A stretch of DNA of 55,211 bases from Candidatus Omnitrophota bacterium (lineage in GTDB: Bacteria > Omnitrophota > Gorgyraeia > Gorgyraeales > Gorgyraeaceae). The stretch covers positions 1-55,211 of the forward strand of contig JAHJHC010000041.1 in NCBI GenBank assembly GCA_018824145.1, read 5' to 3'. Shown piece after piece: positions 11,701 to 23,700 of this stretch. Positions within the stretch are counted from its first letter, which is position 1. The number at the start of each line of letters is the position of its first letter. The translations under genes were made by a program, and so were the position numbers. The notes under the pieces were generated by a model, which had not been told where the DNA came from, did no database searches, and saw only the letters and a program-made list of their open reading frames with translations.

Positions 11701-14700
11701 CAGGAGTCCAAGAGAATATCATTTTGCAGTAAGGATGCTTTTTGTCGGCCTTCTTGGAGTTAAGAAAGCCCCTGTAGGGATAAAAGGAGTAGATAAAACT
11801 TTAGCTGATTTAATTACACCTGATGAGGTTAGTTGCTATTCGTTGGAAGAGCTCGGCGGTATTTTAGGTCTTGCCTTTAGGTCAGGTGCAAGTGTGACAA
11901 AATTAGAAGAGCGCATGGGGCTACCCCAGTATACAAAACTTACTCAGGGAATCGTAGCATTAGTCGATGATGTAAAATGGCTGGTAGTAGATCGTGTAAA
12001 GACGTTAACCGAAAAAGGCAGGCCAGCAATAGAGGCGTTTTTAAAAGATACGGCAGTACCAGTATATGGCCGTGCCATGTTTTTATTTGGCATTTTTAGA
12101 TTAGCGTCAGGTGAAGGATCAAGGTTGAGTGCCGAAAATTGGACTGATTGGGTTGAAAGTGGGATACTGGAAGATTGGGAATACGATTGTTTAAATGAAG
12201 GTTCAGAGATTTTAGCAGGAAGTGAGCGAGGTGATTTTAGTATAGACTCCTCTACTAGTTGGCACGCCTTTATGGCTAATGAGCAATATCCTGCTGAATA
12301 TAAGATAGTCTTATTGGAATGTGTAATTAAAGAAGCTGAAGGGAAAGAAGATACTCTTTTACATTTGGAAGCGCTCTGCACCATGTTAAAGATATATACG
12401 GATTCCCAAAATACAGTTAGTTTAGAACGGGTCAGCCAAGAGATTATTAGCCTTGTCTATGGATTGGATATAGAGAGGGTGCGCTCTTTATTACCCGGAA
12501 TGAGCGATGTTACAAGAAACAACACTATTTTAATAATAGAAAACCGCATGAGATTTTATGAACTTATGTTTAACCGGATGGGTAAGTGGCGTAGAAAAAT
12601 GCCGGTTTTAGCCGAATTCTTAAGACATGCCTTGTTACTAAGAGAAGCATATTTAAGCTTAGGTGGAGCAGGAATAGAAAAAGTTGATGGGGTAGTTGAT
12701 AGAGTAACAGAGGTACTTATAGAGCTGGATGAGACAAATTTAAAAGTTCTTTTTCAGCAAGATACATTTAAAGGAGAACCTGGGATAAAGATTATGCTGC
12801 TTTCGATACTTAGAGAAATAGACCTGGGCTTTCTCAATGGAGTGTTGATTAGCAGTACCCTGACAGGTGATATTAGGATTCCTCTTTTAACTGACCCGAG
12901 CCCAGAAGTTCGGGAGTTAGTTACAGAGATTCTTAGCCAGACAGATAGAGGTAGGCAAGCACTAGAGTCTATTGGGCAGGCTGAGGCTCCTAATTTCGAT
13001 GATGATGATGGGGCTATTGTTGAAGATAGAGCAGCAGGGGTCATGATGGGCGTGGGTGCCATTGGAGGAGTGCAGGATTTTCTTAGCCGGGGTGTGAAGG
13101 ATTTTATTGTGCAGGGACAGGACGTTTTTCCGGATATTTTATCTTTCAACTGGTGGATGTGGGTTGTTGGTTTTGGTGCGTTGTTTGTTGGATTTTTGAT
13201 TTTAAGGCCTTATTTACAGCAGCATAATTATAAGCTAGTCCCGGCAATTAGAGATTATCTTAGGGATATGATGGGGCAAAGACTACGTCTTGCTGGAATA
13301 TGGGGTGACGGAATAAAAACTATAAAGGCTGTTTTTATTGGGCCTGAAAAGAAAACGGTTTCTTCTACTGGTTTAGTAGGGATTACAGTGGCAGCAGTCT
13401 TATTAACCGCAGGCCTTGCCGGGCCTGTAGCGGTCGGGGCTTTAGGTCTTTTGGTGGCATTAGGCGTAGTTTCTGTAATATATTCACGCGCTCCGCCAAT
13501 TAGAAGATTCGCTTTGATTGGAATACCTCTCGTCTTTTTAGTCTTACCATTGTTTGCCGCACAGCCTGTCCTATCAGCACCATTATCTGATATTCCCTCT
13601 TCTTTGACCCAGATATCCTCATTGATGAATTTTGATTGGCCATCCTGGGGCAATAGGCTATTGAAAATAACATTGAAATTTTCCATAGTACTTATTGCAT
13701 TGCGCATCTATTGGGTTGTAGCACAACATTCGTTAGCTGTTTTACAGCGTTCGTCAAAGGTTGAAATACCTAAGCCACGGTATAGAGCAGATATTACAGT
13801 TACTGGCACACCCGGTTTCGAACATATAGATCCATTTGACGCAATGGTGCCGCTACCTCCTTCCTTTCCCGGGGAGAGCAGGTGGAGGGTGGAGGGAGAT
13901 GTACAAGAATTGTTGAATGAGACTGGGATACGGCTCGCTGGCGGACGACGAATAGTCTGGGGAATAGAGGTTAAAGCTCTTGTTGATCTGGCATTTAAGA
14001 GAAAGGGATTAGAGGCTCATCGAATCCGTATCAGGGGGTGGCAGGGAATTGGGCTTGTAATTGTGGTTATTAGGGGGTTATTGTTGGTTGGTGTTGGTGT
14101 GTTATTAGCTCTCGGAATCAAATGGGGATTTACCCAGATTGACCAGCTGTTACCTCTTGCCGGACAAGCAGGGATAAACACTCTGACTTTGGTGTCGCTA
14201 GGCAGTACAGTGTTGACGGCCTTACCCCTTGGAGTGGCAATGATGGCGGCTGAAGATGTAGAAAATACACGCCTGAAGGCACGAGCGGGAACAAGTAGAG
14301 GAGGAGCACCAGATAAGCATTCCAGCGGGCAGATGGCATGGGTAAAGGAATGGCTGGAAACACATGGAGTTGAGGTAACGCCGAATAAATGGTTAAAGAC
14401 CGAAGAAGATATTACTCTACTTGGGTTACTTGGAGTAGTCGCGGGCGTAGGGATTATTTTCGTGGCTAGTAATCTTTTCTCACTCGGCTTTTTAAGCGGA
14501 ATAACTGCTTTAGGCTTGCCATTGGCTTTAGTGATAGGAAGTATTTTGTATTTTCCATTTTCACGCTTCATAGCGTTTATAGGCGGTCACTTTTTTGACG
14601 GCTGGAGACATGGGTTAAAGAATATGGGTGCGGCAGCCAATATTAGTGCAGTGGGAGTAGCTATAGGATTTATTGTTAATGGTTTAATTTTAGGTGGAGT

Positions 14701-17700
14701 TGGCTTTATAGGTGCTCAATTTGTACCTGGTATTTTAGTTAGCGTACTTACCTCTCCTTTAGTAGCGCTCATATCAATTCCAGTGATTTTGGTCTTTTAT
14801 GTTTCTCTGCTAGTAACCCACCACAAGATGAATTACAGGGCCCTTTCTTTAGCTGAAAATTTAGCTAAAAAAAGAGATGCGCTTTTGGAAAAGCTTTTAG
14901 TCAAATATGACTTTCCAAAAATGGAGCAGGATACAAGGGTGGAGTTTAGGTCGGCTGAAAAAACGGCGGGTGAAATGAGCGAAAAAGAACTCGCCATCAA
15001 AAAAGAGATTGACTTAGCGATTGGAAAAGAGAGGCCATCGGTTCAAGATAGAAAAACCGCATGGTCAAATGTATTGGGAGAACAATTTGAAGATATAGTT
15101 CCTCTTAGCCTCTGCCAAAGGCTGGTTAATTGCTATTTTTCTGAGGATGAGAGGAACAATTATTTCGATGCCGGCGCATTAAGAGTAATTCAAAGAGAGA
15201 TACCGATATTTAGCATTGATTTTATTGCCATTCTCATCGCGAATTCGGGAAATCCTATCCAGGTATTGTTAAGCCTAAAAGACATGCTTGATGCATTAGA
15301 TAAGCAATCAGGGGTATTGGAAACTTATGTAAAGAGGATGGATTTAAGAGATATCTATAGGGACGCTAGCAGAGTTTTCTGGTCGGCACATGATAGGGGG
15401 AGTCAGATAGGAGATGAAGACGCATTAGACTTACTCCGTAAGAGGCGACCAACTCATCCGGCATTGATCAACTGGGCAAAATTAGTTTTGTATCGGGTAA
15501 GTGGTTCTGGTAAGAGAGGACAGGCCTTGATCGCGAACGCATTACTTTTGGGTGGCGTAGTAATAGGATTAGGCATGGCTGCGTATCTTACAGGGGTTGA
15601 TACGAATAGCCTGGTGCATATCGTCCAGGTAAGCAGTAATTTTCTTTTGAGGGCAGCGCCGTATCTGGCGGTAATTAGTAGTATTGGAGTGGCAGTGGTG
15701 GCGGCTGGACTGCAGAGGAAGGGATTAACAGCTGAGGACTATCCAGATATAGGGGTTTTGCAAGAAGGAGGTGTGCCAATAGATGAAGGATCAAATGGCA
15801 GAGGATATGGTAAAGGAACGGATGCATTACCTGGTTTGGAAAGCCATGCTCTTGCACTAATGCTTATAGAGGCACAGCGAGATTTGCAAAGGCAATTATC
15901 TGCTTTGACTAAGAGAGATGTTTTGATATTGAGGTGGATAGCTGAAGGATGGACTTATAAAGAAATAGGGATAAAACTATCCATTAGCCGAGGAACGATA
16001 GCAAACCGTGGGTCTCTAATTTTGCATAAATTGGGAGTTTTGAATCGCGCTGCAGCAGTAATAAAGGCAATAGAAAACGGTATAATGGAAAGACCAGAGA
16101 TTCACTATAATAGAGATAATATTAGAAGACTTATCCCAATGGAAGTAAGGGTACTGCCTTATCTGGCAAGAGGTATGACTAATTTAGAGATATCACAAGA
16201 ACTTGGAATTACGGAAGGGACAGTAAGTACCCGTGTAAGTTCTCTTATACAGAAACTTAAAGGGAGTGATGAGAATGAGTTTCGAGTCAAAATCGTGAAT
16301 AGGATTCAGGTAGCAATCGTCGCTCCTGAAGTGATAAAACTTTATGAGGAACAAGAGGAACAAGACGATGGGCTGCTTCCCTTGGAAATTGAAATTCTTA
16401 AGCTGTTAGTACAAGGCAAGACTAATCCAGAGATAGTAGAAAACTTACATATCACAGAAGGCAGAGTTAGAAAACGTATAACTGCAATTTTAAGAAAGCT
16501 TGGTGTAGGAAATCGTGTAGCAACAGCAATTGAGGCAGTTAAGATGGGATTGGTGGAGAGACCAGAAGAGATTTCCTATTGTGAAATCGGAGCTAAAGAA
16601 CTTACTCCAAGAGAATTAGATGTACTGTCTTGTCTGGCAAAAGGCTTGACCAATCCACAGATAGCGCAAAAACTTGGAATTGGTAGAGATACTCTCCGAA
16701 ATTATATTAGTTTTATCAGAAGTAAGCTAGGGTTGAATAAAAGAGTGTATGTAGCACTGGCTGCTCCGGAAGTGATAGAAAGTCTCCAGAGACCTCAAGG
16801 TAGGACTATCGGGATCCCTATACCTTCAACTGATGAAAGGCCCGGGGCTGTTAGTTTCGCTATTGCCATGGTAGGTGGTATTTTAAATCTAGTTATAAGA
16901 CCCTTCATAGATATGCGGAGAAATGTGATAGATATAGAACGTGAATATAGGGTAAAATCCGTTTTAGCTCAAGACCCTGCAAGCGTTCACTATTACGATG
17001 GCTTGGCAGAGAAAATGGCTTCTTATGGAGAATACTATTCAAGTATGATAAGGAAATGTTTCTTGATAGGGGCCTCAGTTTTTATATTGTTGGTTATTTT
17101 GGTAACACTTTGTGCCAATAGTTTAGCAGGGGTATCTCAACCTGTGCCTTTGCCTGTTTCGCTGTCTGGCTTAGGGTTAGGGTTGCCAGGATTAGTAGGC
17201 GCCATGGCTGTCTTATCTCCGGCTAGTTCATTGGAACCTATAGAACGAGTATCTTTTCTAGAGTTAGTTAATAGATATAGGAGTGCAAGAAAAGAAACGG
17301 TAGCTCTTCCTTCTTTAGAGGGTCTATCGAGAAAGGCAGGAATAGTACTCATTACCCGAAATCAATCCACCAGAAAACACATGATAGATCTCTTAGCTAA
17401 TAGCAAAATAAGTGGGATATCTGTTCTTGGATTATCCCAAGGAGATAATGGTAGCCTGTTTAAAATACGGCAAGCTATTGAGACGTGGATGAAACAAAGC
17501 AGATCTTCTCATCTCAGGATTATTGTTATAGACATGGACGGTACTGAAATGAAGGTATACTTTTTAGAATTTGGCAGGGATACAAATGTCCAATTGCAAA
17601 TTATATCTATGCGGCCTTTAGCTACTATGGCTGCTGGAATAGTATTTGGTGTTATTGGTGTTAAAGGAAAACTTGAGAGAGTAGATCGAAATTTACAAGG

Positions 17701-20700
17701 AATATCAAAAGGAATTCTTGAAATCGGGATTGAATTTATAGATATACTGATTTTACGATTGGTTGCAAAAAACTTATCCTATCCAGAGATAGCAAAAGCA
17801 TTATTTATCGAAAAGATAGAAGTTGGAAACCGTGTGCGTTTAATTGTAGATAAGCTAAAGGCCTCAGACTGCTGTCAAGCAGTGCTTATTGCAGTTAAGA
17901 AAGGGATAATAGAGAGACCAGCAATTGACTATTACAAAGATGGTGTTTGGGATCTTGATAAACCAGAGACAAAAGTGTTAGCTCTTTTGGGAAGAGGTTT
18001 AACCAATCAAGAGATAGCAGACAATTTGGGGGTTCAGGTACAAACTATACGCTTTTATATCTCTGGTATTTTAGGAAAACTTTTTCTGGAGAAGAGATTT
18101 CAAGCAGGACTGGTTGCTTCAGAAGTCTTAACTGTTCTGGGATTGCCTGCGACGTATCCCGATGAACCAGGATATGATGGAGGGAGCGGATTAGCCAATA
18201 GAAATATAAATGCAATGATTATGGCCGTGGGTGGCTCCAATCTGCTCGGCAAGATGCAGCCATTTAGCGAGGGGCTTACTAAACAATGGGTTCATGGGAT
18301 CCCTGACTTGGTAATCGTCTTGGGGGCACTGGCACTCGCTTTTGTGGCAGTTCGCATAGGCGTTTTACTCTGGCAGAGATGGATGCGGAAACGTGCCGGG
18401 CCGGAACACTCATTTATACCTGAATCTCACCTTATGATGCAGCCATCCCGCCTGTCCTCTCTTTGGGCATCTGTGGTTTCTTTGTTTAAAAAAATTAAGC
18501 AAGTAGTCGACGCTCAGCCAGTATACGCTATTTTTGTCAGTATTCTCGCTATTGAAGCAGGACTTGGTATTATTTCTATCCTGTCGGGTAATTTACCGCA
18601 TAACCAGGCTAATGCAATCAGTGATTTTCTCAAACCTGCCTTGCTCGGTGGCGGGATATGGCTATTTGCCTCGACACGAAAAATGAAGCCTAGGCAATAT
18701 ATTATCACAGAGTCAGGTGGGGAAAAAGTTAATGTTATGGACGCCATCTTTGAAGGCCAGTTTACTCCAGAGATGGCTGAAAGACTCAGTGAAGGATTGT
18801 TGCTTCTTCCGATTCGAGAAGTTGAGGAGAGAGACCATACTGATGTTGAATATGCAGAAATCATAAATAGGGCACTCGATAGTGTACAGCGATGGGCAAG
18901 GCAAGGCGACCTTGATGCTGAAATACCAGAAGAGGGGAAAGGGTGGGTTTTTTCATACGAGGTAACAAGTGAATCTGCGAAGAGAGTGCGTCTTCGCGAA
19001 GTGGTGGAAACATTTCACGAGACACTCGGTTGGAGTAGGTCTAAACTGCACTCGTATTTATTAACTGACAAAGATAATCAAAGAGCTTTAAGCGCCAAGA
19101 GGGTGGCAAGGTCAGGGGGAGAAGGAAGAGTATGGGAGTTGAACAGAGAACTTGTCAATGCGCTGGCTGTAAAGGAGAGTAGATTTGTCCCTGTTCAATA
19201 TGCTTTGGATGAGTTAAGAGAGAGAGATCTCTATGTGACTGAAACAGAGTTTTTATCTTTAGTAAAGGAGATTGGATTTGTCTATTTAAAAGATGCTTTG
19301 GTTAGGTTAAGAGAGAACCAGATCAAAGTGACTGCAGAAGAGGTTTTATCTTTAGTAGACATAAAAACGCAAGCAGTAACAGGTGAATGGGGAGTTGATA
19401 TAGTGCATTTTGCTGAGATTGTAAAGAGATTGAAAGAAAAGAGGCAGATTATTGGGCCGGTAGATGAAGGTGGAGATATTATAACAGAAGGGGATATAGA
19501 TGCATTGAAAATTCTTTTTATCTCTCTTTATGCGGAAGACCGTATTTTACTGATTGAAAAGATTAACCGGGCCATAGAAGATGGTAGTATCCCTGATAAT
19601 CTTTTAGGTCCAGGTGGGGGAATAACTGAGTTTTTAGACTGGGTAGTAGACCAATATCCTGAACATCCTGATAAGTTAGGATCTTTAGATCGAGAGATTC
19701 GAGCAGAAGCAAGATACGCATGGTCAGTAGCCTATAAGTTTGGATTGGAGGATATAGATCAAAAAATATATATTCTTACTCATATGATTAAAATAGCCAT
19801 ACTTATAGGCAACACGCCTCAGGTTGAAGCATTGAATCAGAGACTTGAAACGTTACGACGAGAAAAGGAATTGAGAGATAAAGAAGCAATAGTACCTTCA
19901 CTTTTACCATTAGTATCCATGCATAGCGCAAAAAGGGAACCTCGTGAGGATGAAGAACTGTATGAGGAACTGACCTTGGATGAATATGAACCTATTAGTT
20001 TGTTCGCTGGCCTTACGCTGGGTGGATTGACAAACATGTTTGGTACCGATATCTTCAATCGCACTGATTTTAAACTTGATTTTAATTTTGGTTTTGATTC
20101 CGGGTCTATTTTATCAGGACTGACGCAGTATGTGCCACAGCAGTTGGATCTTTCGGCTATCTGGCAGACTGTTAGTGAGTTTAAGAGCAGCTTAACTACT
20201 TTACACTGGGTTGGGATTGGGGTGTTGGGCTTGCTTGGCGTCACTATATTGATGTCTATCATTTCCCAAAAGCTTTCAGCATTCCTTAGACATCCGTCTA
20301 CTATCCGCACTTTATTTCTTACGGGCATTGGCCTTTTGTTATATTCCATGGTTCCTCCTTCAGCCAGAAATTTCTTCGTTGCTATACTGACAGGTTACTA
20401 TGTTCTCACGCTTGGATTGATATACCGCTATACTATCAAAGCGGTTCGTAATATGAATGCAGAGAAGGATGAACTACGTATAAAGATTAAGGTATTAAAT
20501 GAAATATGTGAGAATGTTTCTAAGGATGATAGACTAATAAGGAAATTATTGGGTAGCGTAGAAAATGCATTAAATACGGCATTTTTCTCATATACGGAAG
20601 AAGAAATAAAAGAAACGCTGAAGAAATCTAAACGAGCCATGCGTTTTCTCCCATGGAGTTTATGGCTGGCAATACCTGCAATGCTATTCCTTATCGAGCC

Positions 20701-23700
20701 TATTGTCCCATATATTATTGACTTTAGCGCTTTTCTATATAGTTTTACACTTACCAATATTCAGCCATTTATTGCATCCATAGGCGTTCTTACATTTCTA
20801 TTGTCTTGTGTTGCGATTTTTTATCGAATCGGGAAAATATTATTTGGTCCCGATGCGGCATCAAAGAAATTTGACCGGTGCACGACTGTTTTGAGACGGG
20901 TCAGTCGAGTTACGTTTTTGCTTGTAGTTCCCGCCCTATCTTTAATTACGGCGTTTGTTATATTGATTCTATGGTTTGCTCCAGAATTTCTTACTGTACC
21001 AGTAAGTTCTCTCCTTATGATGTTGCTGGAAAGATTGGCTTTGATAGGTATAAACAGCCCTACCTTGATGTCGCTGGGCAGTACAGTGTTGACTGCCTTA
21101 CCCATAGGAGTGGCAATGGTTGTAGGAGATAGGGCTTTCACTGAAGATACGTCTGGAGCGGATGGTAGTAGAGTGGCGCCTGGCTCGACGGATTCTGCTT
21201 ACGATCCATTAGTGGCTACAGGGTATTTAGCTGCAAAGCTTACTCAAGAAGAGCGACTGGTATTTATTGGACTCCTTCGTGGATGGGTTGATGAACGACT
21301 TAAAGAAGAAATAGGTCTGGAATATACAACGTTGAGCCTCATATTAGGTACCCTCAACAATAAGCTTCTTTGGGAAGGTGGTTCACCACGGGAGAAGCTC
21401 ACCAAAGCAGGTATTTTAGGAATGGTAAAATCACCTTTGGAAACCAAGGAACAAGAAATACTCGAGGGATTCCTGCGTGGATTAAGGTATGAAGAAATAG
21501 CCAGAACGTATTACATAGCACTAAAATCGATAAGTTACTACGCTTCTGGTATAAGAGGGAAAATTCGACTAGAAAGAGAAACTGAATCCGAACATAAAAT
21601 GACAATTTTAAAGCTATTTTTAGCACGCGGGGTAATACCATCCAGGGGCATATATTGCAAGGTCACTGTTGAAATTCATCGCTGGCTCATTGAACATGGG
21701 TTTCTTGTATATCCTTTGAGGCCGGCTAGAGAGCAGCAAGGAAGTGATGTCCTGACTGCTGGGAAGCCACCTTTGAGTGCCATGGAGGCGCTTGTTCTTT
21801 ATTGGACTGTGCATGGGATATTATCCGATGGTGAAATGGCTGCGAGGTATGGAGTGAGTGAGGACAATATAAGTGTTTACCGTGCTACATGTAAGGAAAA
21901 AGTGTTTCCATTTCATCAAGGTTCGTTAAGGAGTAAACTCAGGCAGAATGGTCTACTGGAAGAAGGTGAAGCTGCTCAACGATTATTAGGTTTTAGTCTT
22001 CCTCCAGCGGTCCACAGGCAATTGTATTCGGGTCAATTAAGGATTCTTGAGGTCTTGAATCAGAGTCCACATCTTTCCAGAGAAGCCCTATCTAGATTGA
22101 CGGGGTTAGAACCTAATAGTGTAAGAACATATATATTTGGATTGTGCAAAGTTTTTGGGGTACCAAAGGGGCTTGTGCCTACTAAACGGAGAGATGCCCT
22201 CGTTCCTGCTGTATTTGGATTAGCAGATAGGAATATTTCTTCGACTAGAGATTCTGAAATAAAAGCATCTACAAGAAGAAGAACTGGTGCTAAAGAATAT
22301 GATGATGATTTCATAAGAAGAAAAACAAACGCAATGATTATGGCTTTGGGTGGCTCCAGTGTGCTCAATCAGGTACAGCCATTTGCTGAGGAGGCTACTA
22401 AACAATGGGTTCAGGGAATCCCTAACTTGGCAATCGTATTAGGGGCGCTGGCACTTGCTGTTGGTGTTGTTTGGCTGGTCAAAAATCTCCTCGACGACTA
22501 TACGAATCTTTGGCTGCCAGAGAAGATAGTGACTTTGAACGTAGAGATTCCTGTCGAGGTGGATGGTAAGATGCAATGGGTGGAGAAGAAAAGGAAGTAT
22601 GAATTAGTCAGACAGGTTGAACAAAGTGGATTTGCTGCCCAGGTTTGGGAGGCAAGGGTAGAGGGTACTGAGGAGAGAGTAGCCTTAAAGGTATTTCGAC
22701 CAATTGGCAAAAATGGAAAGATTCATAGGCAAAGTCGCATGTTGGCATTTCAGGATGCTAGGCCAAGCAGGGAAGAGGCTCAGATGGCAGTTTCTATGCG
22801 AAAGATTGCAGGTATTCTTACAAAATATCCTGAAATATACGAGCTTATGCTTGAGGAAGCAAGCGCGATTTATGGAGGAGAAAATAATGACGTAATGGGA
22901 AAACTGCAAGAGTTAAGAGATGGGATTGGGCCATCTCTTGTAACGCAGGCTAATGCTTATGGTTGGTCAGATGCACATAATGCATCATTCCTTGAATTAG
23001 AATGGGAAGATAATGTGAATACTGCACGGTATGGTTATTTTTCAGGCCTGCTTGATGAGGATATGCGTCTTCAAGCTCTCTTTATGCGTGCTTTTTGCAG
23101 GTTGCTTGAGAATATTGGTGCAGAGGGGTATATACCTCAGACTTATATAGGTAAGACTTTATTTGGTACATCTGAGCCAATAGGTATAAAGTATCAATTA
23201 GGCATAACAGCAGCAATGTTGGTTTCTTTAGCTACATTTTTCCTTACAAATTCTTGGCCTGTAACATTATTGCTTTCTGTCACAGTTCTTTTTGTCCTTG
23301 GTCATTCTGTCGGTGGTTCGTTTTTCTCCTGGGATAACATTTTCTGGAGTGGAAAACGAGGAATCGGTTTAAAGACTCTTGACCTTGAGCCAGGACTTCC
23401 GCGCGGTGGACCATTAGGTGGTATCCTTTGGCCAACATTTGTCCCGAGACTCTCTATTGCAGGTTTAGTAGTTTTGGCATCATTTTTTAGTGGGATTCCA
23501 TTTTATGTGGCTGGGTGTTGTGCCTTAGTCTTTTTGATTGTTACTTCGCCTGGATGGTTATTTCCTTTTGAGTTTGGTGCTGTAAGTAAAATGAAGAAGG
23601 CAGGTTTTGGTCCTAATTTAGGGGCGATGGATGTTGATGCTGCAGAGAGACATATCTCGGGTAATTATCAGGTTGCAGGAAATTATGATATTGATGAAGA

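Noticed and set aside
12880-12960. HEAT/armadillo-like segment ([20 protein letters not shown]) at the end of the long helical region 10840-13000.
   Set aside because: A single repeat-like match is not enough to call a HEAT array by eye. The region remains unassigned.
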